Positions 48,853 through 56,395 of a stretch of DNA of 64,000 nt are shown here, piece by piece. Numbering within the stretch: position 1 is the first letter of the stretch; each line of letters starts with the position of its first letter. The translations under genes and the position numbers were made by a program. Origin of the DNA: an uncultured delta proteobacterium. Lineage in GTDB: Bacteria; Myxococcota_A; Polyangia; Polyangiales; Houyiibacteriaceae. The notes under the pieces were generated by a model, which was given only the letters and a program-made list of their open reading frames with translations, was not told where the DNA came from and made no database searches. The DNA lies in the NCBI GenBank assembly GCA_963699755.1, contig CAVOVB010000010.1, positions 204,363 through 268,362 of the forward strand, given 5' to 3'.

Positions 48853-49662
48853 ATGAACTCCGCATACACGACGACACTGTGCAACGGCGAGGGGTACCTA
48901 CCTGGCGTCGAAGCACTGGGGAAATCTCTCGAGGCCCACGGAACCAAGGTCCCGCGCATCGTGTTGGTGACGGCCGATGTGGGTGCCGATGCCCGGAACC
49001 GTTTGATCGAACAGGGCTGGCAGATCCGCGAAGTCGAGCCGCTCCTGAACCCCAACCCGGGCACCAGGCAGCTCTTCGAACGTTTTCGAAACGTGTTCAC
49101 CAAGCTTCGGGCCTGGGAGCTCGTCGATCTCGACAAGGTCGTCCTGCTCGATGCCGACATGATCACGCTCCAGAACATAGACGAGCTGTTTGAGCGCCCC
49201 TCCATTGCCGCTGCACCCGACTTCTTTCTCCCCGACCGATTCAACAGCGGCTTGATGGTCATCGAGCCGTCGGCCGAAACGTTCGAGCGGATGGTGGAGG
49301 CGCTTTGGGACACCCCTAGTTACGATGGGGGCGACCAGGGGTTCTTGAATGTCTTCCATTCGGATTGGTACGCGATGGACGTCTCGCATCGCCTGCCGGC
49401 CGGCTACAACCTTCAGAACTTCATTTTTCAGTTTCTCCATGGGCACCCAAGCTTGAAGGAGACGCTTCTGCGCGAAGCCAGGGTCATCCACTATTCGGTC
49501 CAAAAGCCCTGGCTCACCAAACCTGCGCTCACGGGCGGGTCGGAGGCGTGGTGGAATGCCTACTTCGGCGCTCACCCAGAGAAGGCAAGCGAGTGGAGGC
49601 GCCGCTGGCATGCGATGGAGGACTGGACCTTCGACCACGCGGTGGCCGCGATCATCAAGTAA
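48853..49662 (+). CDS. Glycosyltransferase family 8 (glycogenin/galactinol-synthase-like)
   Basis: YLPGV..L..SL, FTKLRAWEL, LDAD....NIDELF, FNSG.MV..PS, YDGGDQGFLN, HY...KPW. Confidence 0.9.
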   Translation: MNSAYTTTLCNGEGYLPGVEALGKSLEAHGTKVPRIVLVTADVGADARNRLIEQGWQIREVEPLLNPNPGTRQLFERFRNVFTKLRAWELVDLDKVVLLDADMITLQNIDELFERPSIAAAPDFFLPDRFNSGLMVIEPSAETFERMVEALWDTPSYDGGDQGFLNVFHSDWYAMDVSHRLPAGYNLQNFIFQFLHGHPSLKETLLREARVIHYSVQKPWLTKPALTGGSEAWWNAYFGAHPEKASEWRRRWHAMEDWTFDHAVAAIIK

Positions 49663-51377
49663 TGAGCAGCAGCAAAGTTCTTGAACCTGAGCTCCCGTGG
49701 TGGAAGCGGACCACCGTCTATCAGATCTATCCGCGTTCGTTCTCCGACCAGACGGGCGATGGAATCGGCGACCTTCCCGGAATCATCGAGCGGCTCGACT
49801 ACGTGAAGTGGCTCGGCCTCGAAACGATCTGGCTGTCGCCCTTCTTTTCGAGCCCTCAGGAGGATTTCGGCTACGACATCAGCGACCACTTCGACATCGC
49901 GCCCGAGTACGGCTCCCTCGATGATTGCCGTCGTTTGATCGACGAGATTCATGCGCGCGGGATGAAGGTGGTGTTCGACATGGTCTTGAACCACACCTCG
50001 GACCAGCATCCCTGGTTTCTCGAATCGAGAAGCTCACGCGACAACCCTTATCGAAACTTCTACATCTGGCGCAATGGGCGCAAACCCTACGGCGCAGCGC
50101 CTCCGAACAATTGGCGTTCGATGCTCGGGGGCTCCGGCTGGCACTACGAGGCCGAGACCGATCAATGGTACTGGGCCAGCTTCCTCCCGTTTCAGCCGGA
50201 CCTGAACTACCGAAATCCGAAGGTGAAACGCGCGATGCTCGACATGGTCAGGCATTGGCTTCGCGAAGGCGTGGACGGCCTGCGCCTCGACATCTTCAAC
50301 GCGATTTACAAGGACTCGGCGTTCTCGGACAACCCTCGGTCACTGCGCGCGATCCCGTCCGAAGACAATCCCGGCGGTTTCTTTCAGCGGGCGCTGCACA
50401 CCCAAAACCACCCCGACACCCTCGCGTTTGCACGAGAGCTGCGCGCGGTCGTCGACGAGTTCCACCAGCCCTCTCGCTTCATCGTCGGAGAGGTGTTCGG
50501 CTCCGCCGACCTGCTGCGGGAATACTGCGGTCCATCGGGAGAGGGTCTCAACCTCGTCTTCTTGTTCAAGAGCCTTCGTACTCCCTTTAGAGCCCGGGCG
50601 TTTCGGAACCTCGTCGCGGAGTTCGAATCGGCTTTCCCCGAGCCCTTCCATCCCACATACGTCTTTGGCAACCATGATCGGCCGCGCCAGATGGAGCGCC
50701 TCGGCAATGAGCTGGCACGGGCGCGCTTGCTCGCGGCATTTCAGATGACCGTTCGCGGCGTGCCCTTCATCTACTACGGCGACGAGCTAGGCCTTTCGCA
50801 TCACCCAATGCCCCGCGGCGAAGCCCGCGACCCGCTTTCGGAGCGCTTTCGGTTCATTCCCAAAGTCCTGCTGCCGGCGTTGCGGAAACGTGGGATCCTC
50901 ACGAATCGGGATCAATGCCGGAGCCCGATGCCTTGGCACGGCGGGCCGCATGCGGGATTCGCGCCGCCCGACGCCGCCGAGCCCTGGCTGCCACTGCATC
51001 CGCAAAGCGCAATCATGAACGTCGCCGCGCAACGAGAGGACCCGGCCTCGGTCTTGGCATCGTATCGGCGGATGCTCCGGCTGCGTAGCAGCAGCCTCGC
51101 ACTTTCGGCCGGCGAGCTCGCGATCGTCGACCCACCTGCCGACCCGAACAAGGTGCTTGCGTATCGGCGTGTCTATGAAGACGCCGACAGCCGGGAAGAC
51201 GCGGACATCTTCCTCAACTTCTCGAAGGCGGAGGTGCCGATCGATCTGCGGCATCTCCCTCGGGGTGCCGACGCCCTCCTCTACTCGAACCTGCACGATA
51301 CCCCGGTACGAGCCAAGGGACGGCACGTCTTGCGTCCGTGGGAAGGCGCCGTCATCTTGCGGGATCGGCCCGCATGA
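49662..51377 (+). CDS. GH13 alpha-glucosidase / oligo-1,6-glucosidase
   Basis: YQIYPRSF, DMVLNHTSDQHPWF, QPDLN, GLRLD, VGE, NHD, YYGDELG; TAATG overlap with GT8. Confidence 0.93.
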   Translation: MSSSKVLEPELPWWKRTTVYQIYPRSFSDQTGDGIGDLPGIIERLDYVKWLGLETIWLSPFFSSPQEDFGYDISDHFDIAPEYGSLDDCRRLIDEIHARGMKVVFDMVLNHTSDQHPWFLESRSSRDNPYRNFYIWRNGRKPYGAAPPNNWRSMLGGSGWHYEAETDQWYWASFLPFQPDLNYRNPKVKRAMLDMVRHWLREGVDGLRLDIFNAIYKDSAFSDNPRSLRAIPSEDNPGGFFQRALHTQNHPDTLAFARELRAVVDEFHQPSRFIVGEVFGSADLLREYCGPSGEGLNLVFLFKSLRTPFRARAFRNLVAEFESAFPEPFHPTYVFGNHDRPRQMERLGNELARARLLAAFQMTVRGVPFIYYGDELGLSHHPMPRGEARDPLSERFRFIPKVLLPALRKRGILTNRDQCRSPMPWHGGPHAGFAPPDAAEPWLPLHPQSAIMNVAAQREDPASVLASYRRMLRLRSSSLALSAGELAIVDPPADPNKVLAYRRVYEDADSREDADIFLNFSKAEVPIDLRHLPRGADALLYSNLHDTPVRAKGRHVLRPWEGAVILRDRPA

Positions 51378-52201
51378 GCGCGCTTCGACCGCGGTACGTG
51401 GTCTGGGGGCTGCTGTTGGTCGCAGCGCTGGCTGCCTGGTGCAGCCCTCCACTTGCTACAGCGGAAGCGCCCGATTCTGCGGTCCAGCCGTTCATCGGGA
51501 CCTATACCTACGCCGGCGGCGATGCCCAGATCAAAGCGCTGGATCAGGCCATCGACGAGGTGGTCGATCAAATGAACTTCCTCATCCGAGGCATCGCGCG
51601 TCGGCGCTTGCGCACGCCCAACCTCCCCTCGAAGGAGGTCAGCGTGTTCGTCGAGAACGGGCAGATCCGCATCGAACGACCCGGCCAGCCCGAGGTGTCG
51701 GCGCCCGAAGACGGCCGACCCATCACCTGGCGCCATCCCCGCGATGGCGACGTATTCCAAGTCAGTCACGGCATCGACGACCAGGGCGTGCTCTACCAGC
51801 GCTTCGAGGGAGAACGCAGCGTCTCGCTCAACCGGTTCGTGCTCAGCGAGGATCAAGAGCGCCTGACGATTCACACGGTCATCACAGCCGACCGGCTGCC
51901 GGCGCCGCTGCGATTCAAGATGACTTACGAACGGAGAACTGGTCCGGAGTCCCAACGGTCGCTAAAGGGGGGCCTATCCATGTCTCTAGCAAAAATCGTC
52001 GAAATCAGCTCCGAATCCACAGCAAGCTTCGAGGATGCCATCAATGAGGGAATCCAGACCGCGTCGAAAACGGTCCAGAACATCAAAGGCGCTTGGGTCA
52101 AAGAGCAACAAGTTGTGGTGGAGGACGGCAAGGTCGTGAGCTACCGGGTGGACCTGAAAATCACGTTTGTCTTGGATGCACACGCCGGGATCCAATTGTG
52201 A
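51374..52201 (+). CDS. Secreted hypothetical protein reading in frame into dodecin (no intervening stop)
   Basis: Signal peptide; ATGA overlap with GH13; frame continues through dodecin ATG at 51980. Confidence 0.6.
   Translation: MSALRPRYVVWGLLLVAALAAWCSPPLATAEAPDSAVQPFIGTYTYAGGDAQIKALDQAIDEVVDQMNFLIRGIARRRLRTPNLPSKEVSVFVENGQIRIERPGQPEVSAPEDGRPITWRHPRDGDVFQVSHGIDDQGVLYQRFEGERSVSLNRFVLSEDQERLTIHTVITADRLPAPLRFKMTYERRTGPESQRSLKGGLSMSLAKIVEISSESTASFEDAINEGIQTASKTVQNIKGAWVKEQQVVVEDGKVVSYRVDLKITFVLDAHAGIQL
51980..52201 (+). CDS. Dodecin family protein
   Basis: MSLAKIVEISSES..SFEDAI..GI..ASKTV.NIKGAWVKEQ....G.V..YRV.LKITFVL; own AAGGGGGG RBS. Confidence 0.9.
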   Translation: MSLAKIVEISSESTASFEDAINEGIQTASKTVQNIKGAWVKEQQVVVEDGKVVSYRVDLKITFVLDAHAGIQL

Positions 52202-52269
52202 CGGTTTCGGCTGTCGCATCGTGGGTCACGGAGTGCTGCCCGTGAAGCGATTCTATCGGCATTGCTGCG

Positions 52270-53310
52270 TTACAGGTCAACGCGGGTGCGGTTGCTAGTG
52301 ATTTCGACGAGCCAGGCTCCGTTCTCACGGGGAGTGAGACGGACCCGAGCTCCGAGAAACTGACGAATGACTTCGACTTGAGTCGTCAGGTGCGAGGAGG
52401 GCGACAGGGTTTCGAATGCGCCGCTTCCGGCGACGGCCATGAGAAGGACCAGCTGGTCTGCCAAGTGGCGCCCCACTGGAACCTCCGCCATCAGGTACTC
52501 ACTCACCTCGTCGCCCAGACGCTTGGCGACAGTCTCCGCGGAAACACCCCTCTGTCCAAAGCCCGAGAAGACTTCCGTCACGTGCTCGGCGACGAGCTCT
52601 GCGATGACCACGTTGCCCGGACCATCGACGTCGGTCAGCTCCTCGATACAGAAGCATGAGCGATCCCACCGGAGCTTGTGGGCAAGCGTATCGACTTCTC
52701 TCTCGGCGATATGTCGTGGGAGGTGCGCGACGCGTGCTGTTACCCGGCGCTCGCGGATCGGCCCCCTTTCCAGCAACTCAAACGGGCTCAACGACGCTAC
52801 GGGGTCTATCGAAACCACGAATCGCCCGCGGCCGGCAGGATAAAAGCCGGGTCTCTCCAGCACGGCGCGCACAGCCGGTCCCATTCGCTCGACCAGTGGC
52901 AGGTAGGCGCCAGCCAAGAACTCGAAGGTCGGCGCCTGCGGGTTGTGGGTACCCCCCTCCACGACCAGCTTGGACGGCTGCTCGACGAGCATGAGCGCCG
53001 GCAAGATCGTCTGTAGGACCAGCGTCGTGCTGCCCGCTGTCCCAATTGAAAACGTGTATTCCCCGCCGTTGGGCGCTCTCGGCACGAAGCTCAATTCCGG
53101 GGAGCCAATCTCGTCACCCTCGAGCTCGGCCTGCGCGATGGTCGCGGCCGCGCGCACAGCGGTGAGGTGTTGTCGCCGAAGACCAGGGCGTCTGCGTCTC
53201 TTGCGGATGTCGATGATTCGGAACGGGGTGCCCGTAACGAGCGAAAGCGCCAAGGAAGAACGAAGGATCTGCCCTCCGCCTTCTCCAAATGATCCATCGA
53301 CGGTCAGCAC
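52270..53310 (-). CDS. rtcA: RNA 3'-terminal phosphate cyclase
   Basis: DGSFGEGGGQILRSSLALS, PGL.RQHL, TAGS..LVLQ, GGTHN, GFYPAG.G, HLADQL, SSHL. Confidence 0.95.
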   Translation of the reverse strand: MLTVDGSFGEGGGQILRSSLALSLVTGTPFRIIDIRKRRRRPGLRRQHLTAVRAAATIAQAELEGDEIGSPELSFVPRAPNGGEYTFSIGTAGSTTLVLQTILPALMLVEQPSKLVVEGGTHNPQAPTFEFLAGAYLPLVERMGPAVRAVLERPGFYPAGRGRFVVSIDPVASLSPFELLERGPIRERRVTARVAHLPRHIAEREVDTLAHKLRWDRSCFCIEELTDVDGPGNVVIAELVAEHVTEVFSGFGQRGVSAETVAKRLGDEVSEYLMAEVPVGRHLADQLVLLMAVAGSGAFETLSPSSHLTTQVEVIRQFLGARVRLTPRENGAWLVEITSNRTRVDL

Positions 53311-53387
53311 GCGGTGCGATGGTGCCGTCCCCGGCCTGTGCCGTCTACCCCAGAATCACGACGCGGGTCGAGCAGTTGGGTAAGCGG

Positions 53388-53918
53388 CTACGGGTCCACG
53401 AAGGACCGAGCTAGAGGCTTTGCTCGGCAAAGTTGGTCGGCCCAGGTCAGCACGCTCGGCATGCGATGCGCACCGTGCATGCGGCAGACGCTTTCCGCCG
53501 CGACATGGACGTCAATCCCCACTGCGGTGATGAACAGCGGCTTGTGGCTTTGACCCCGAAGCACACGCCTTTGGCCGTGAAAATCACCAAAGGGGTTTTT
53601 GGCGATGCCGATCACCGGAACTTGTTCTTTGAGCGCGCAATGCAGATGCGCTCCTAAGCCCGGGGTCCCTTCGTCATCCAGCCATACGTGGCCGTCTACG
53701 AGGATCGCGTCGAGCGGTGTTTGCACTTTCTCGAGGACCTGGAGGATGCAGGGTAGCTCGCGTTCGTAGAACCGACCAGAAGTGTACGGAGCCACCCGCG
53801 GTATGACGGCGACGCGCTCCTCGTGTCTTTCGCTTGAACCCCAATCTTCGTACACGACACACGAGGCAACGGCCGGACCCTCATCCCCCTGGTAGTCGAC
53901 ATCGATACAGGCAAGCAT
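53388..53918 (-). CDS. nfi: Endonuclease V (short form)
   Basis: CIDVDY, PY.SG.FYERELP, LVDG, PGLG.HL, PVIGIAK, R.P..L..AD. Confidence 0.88.
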   Translation of the reverse strand: MLACIDVDYQGDEGPAVASCVVYEDWGSSERHEERVAVIPRVAPYTSGRFYERELPCILQVLEKVQTPLDAILVDGHVWLDDEGTPGLGAHLHCALKEQVPVIGIAKNPFGDFHGQRRVLRGQSHKPLFITAVGIDVHVAAESVCRMHGAHRMPSVLTWADQLCRAKPLARSFVDP

Positions 53919-53985
53919 GCTCAGCAGCCTAGACGGTTCTCGTCGAATTCCCTATGCTTGATCGGCTGCGCGGAGAGGTTGACCG

Positions 53986-54438
53986 ATGTCGAACAAAGCT
54001 CCCGAAGACGAGCTGCGAAGGATCGCTGGCGAATACCGGCAGATTCAGGGTGAGCACGAGCGCGAAGGGGAGTCCGGGAGTTGGCGACGCCGGCAGAAGG
54101 CCCAGCTCTCCGACCTGGATGTGCGATTCGAGCACATCTTGGACCACTGGTTCCGGGATGAAACCACTCGAGCGCAGTGGCGCGAACACCTCTTCCGCGC
54201 CGCGGCGGAGCCGGCCCCAATTCACGATGTGCCGCGTTTGTATCGCGGGCGATCGGAAAGTGGCTCGGTCGTGGATGTCTTCGAGACGCAGAGCGGCGAA
54301 TGGGAATACATCGTCGACGGCGCGGTGGCGGAGCGCCGCAAGGCAGGGAAGTCGACTCTGCACGATTTGCGAAAGCTACGTCAAGAACGTACGGGCATCG
54401 GCCACCATCGTCAGATCGTTCGCGCCGTCGACCTGTGA
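53986..54438 (+). CDS. Hypothetical protein, probably 3'-truncated near 54357
   Basis: GGAGAGG RBS; host-like coding to ~54357, then tail overlaps an opposite-strand remnant. Confidence 0.55.
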   Translation: MSNKAPEDELRRIAGEYRQIQGEHEREGESGSWRRRQKAQLSDLDVRFEHILDHWFRDETTRAQWREHLFRAAAEPAPIHDVPRLYRGRSESGSVVDVFETQSGEWEYIVDGAVAERRKAGKSTLHDLRKLRQERTGIGHHRQIVRAVDL

Positions 54439-54495
54439 GATCAGCTTGCCGTTCAGGCCGGCCACGCTTCCGCCGACAGTGAGTTTGTTGTTTCG
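54376..54495 (-). pseudogene. Remnant of Ig-like 'TVGGTVSGL..LVLQNNG.D.LT' repeat protein
   Basis: Translation LTVGGSVAGLNGKLISQVDGANDLTMVAD then stop; no start or signal. Confidence 0.4.
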
Positions 54496-54542
54496 GCCGC
54501 ATCTCCATCGTGGCCGGATGCGCCATCTTTTCCTACCTTGGC

Positions 54543-55169
54543 TCAAGTGAAGTCGCACAGGTACACCAGATCGCCGGGATTCGAGGAGCCCTGGAGATCC
54601 AACCCATCTTCGCAATCGAAAGGCTCGAACTCATCGAACCCTTGTTCCAGGAAAATACATCCCCCACACGCGTAGTCGTTTGGTGGGAAAGCGAGATCCC
54701 AATCTATGAGCGACCCACTGGTCGGATAGATGATGGCATCGGTGACTCCAAGTCCAATCCAACTCTGGCTCAAGGGGTCCAAGCCTTGCTCGAGCGGGCC
54801 ATCGGGCAGATCGCCTACCTGCGGGGGGACGACCAGAACGACCCCAATACCGAGAATCCCGTTGGACAAAGCCTCCGCGGGCGGAGCGGACTCGAACTCA
54901 ACGATGTATTGCTCGCCCGATGTCGTCCCCTCACCAAACTTGTATCCCGAGGGCTCAACGCTCCAAACGACGAGCACGCGTGAACCATCCGGCGGAGCCT
55001 CGCGTTTGATGGATCCACACACCGCGAAAGCAGCGGAGGGCGAACCGCAGGTCTGCGCCGAACCGCCAGTACCGCCCGTGCCCCCGCTCCCTCCCGGCTC
55101 TTCGCTACAATGAGCGAGCGACAAAATCAGCATCAAAGCGAAGCCGGCGCTCAGTGTCCAGAGCTTCAT
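54543..55169 (-). CDS. Hypothetical lipoprotein
   Basis: LAHC lipobox, GGSGGTGGTGG linker, Cys pairs. Confidence 0.75.
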   Translation of the reverse strand: MKLWTLSAGFALMLILSLAHCSEEPGGSGGTGGTGGSAQTCGSPSAAFAVCGSIKREAPPDGSRVLVVWSVEPSGYKFGEGTTSGEQYIVEFESAPPAEALSNGILGIGVVLVVPPQVGDLPDGPLEQGLDPLSQSWIGLGVTDAIIYPTSGSLIDWDLAFPPNDYACGGCIFLEQGFDEFEPFDCEDGLDLQGSSNPGDLVYLCDFT

Positions 55170-55252
55170 GATGTTTCCCTTCGCGGTTTCATGACGAGCA
55201 CATCAACTCAAGGAAGAGCCCAGAAATCAAGCACGCTCCATGTGCTCGGACC

Positions 55253-56377
55253 CTAGGGAGTGGCGCGGATGATCATCGCCGTGGTCGGGTCCGAAACCCA
55301 TTGTTTGACGAGAACATAGAGGTCCTCTTCAACCGCTGCAATTCCCAAGTAGTCGTGAAAGTAAGGATCGACACCCGGAATCTCATACGTGGCGACGGAC
55401 TGAAACGTCGTAGGATCGATTTTCACGATCGGGGATGCACTTTGAGCGACGACGGCCCAAAGGTATTCGCCATCCCAAGTCAGCCCATTCAGCTCGATGT
55501 CGAATCTATTGGCGCTGAGAAGAACCTTGGCGCTGGTATCCACCTTGAGGAGATCATGCCTTCTACTGGAGTCGCTCAGACCCGCAATCCACAAGTACTC
55601 ACCATCCCAGGCCATCGCATCTATGAATAGCTTGTGCGACAGATCGACGTCGGTATCAATCGTATAATCTTCGACGTCGTTGGTGTCGCGGCGCGAGGCA
55701 ATGGTGCTGGTCGTCGTCGCGGGAAACCAGAAATGGGAGTTCTCGTAGGCATGGACCTCGGCATAGCCGCTCTGTCGTGTAGGGAATGGCGAAACGAGAG
55801 CACCTGTCGAGGGGTCGAATGAGCGAAACAACTCGGTGAAGAAGCCGGCCCCACCGAACCACAACAACGCGCCGTCGTATGCAAGTCCAGTGCCGAACAG
55901 TGGGTTCGCGTCGAGGCCTGAGTACACGGTGACCTCGCTGAAGCTGCCACATCGCGATGTTTCTGGCACGGATTCAACTTTCAAAAAATCTTGGGATCGT
56001 CCAGCGGCGTCGTCCAACGACAACGATGCGTCATCGACTGCATACCGGAAGTTCTGGGGCAAAAGTCCAGAAACCGTAGCGAACGCTTCCAGGTCAATGG
56101 AAAGCGTCTCGTCGCTGAGGCGTGCGCAAATCAGATCCAGGCAAAAAAGACTCTTGGTTTTTGAATGCTCGAGAAACGCCGTCCCCGTGCTGTCCTCGTT
56201 GAGCTCCAAGTACCGAAAATCGAAACCGGAGGCAAACGCGAAGAGATCACCGTCGGTCGGCTCCCAAACGCCGGAAAGTGGAGGACCATCATCTGTCTGA
56301 GCAGGCCCACTATCGGCCCCGCAGCCAAAGTCAACGAACGTCGCAGCAAGTGCGATGATCAGTGTCAGGTTCTTCAT
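55253..56377 (-). CDS. Lipoprotein with beta-propeller (GLAYDG/AMAWDG/GLTWDG..LW repeats)
   Basis: DFGC lipobox; repeated blades. Confidence 0.75.
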   Translation of the reverse strand: MKNLTLIIALAATFVDFGCGADSGPAQTDDGPPLSGVWEPTDGDLFAFASGFDFRYLELNEDSTGTAFLEHSKTKSLFCLDLICARLSDETLSIDLEAFATVSGLLPQNFRYAVDDASLSLDDAAGRSQDFLKVESVPETSRCGSFSEVTVYSGLDANPLFGTGLAYDGALLWFGGAGFFTELFRSFDPSTGALVSPFPTRQSGYAEVHAYENSHFWFPATTTSTIASRRDTNDVEDYTIDTDVDLSHKLFIDAMAWDGEYLWIAGLSDSSRRHDLLKVDTSAKVLLSANRFDIELNGLTWDGEYLWAVVAQSASPIVKIDPTTFQSVATYEIPGVDPYFHDYLGIAAVEEDLYVLVKQWVSDPTTAMIIRATP

Positions 56378-56395
56378 AACCGTCTCCCCACTTCG

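Noticed and set aside
48853..49662. True bacterial glycogenin
   Set aside because: No Tyr at the self-glucosylation position; called GT8 only
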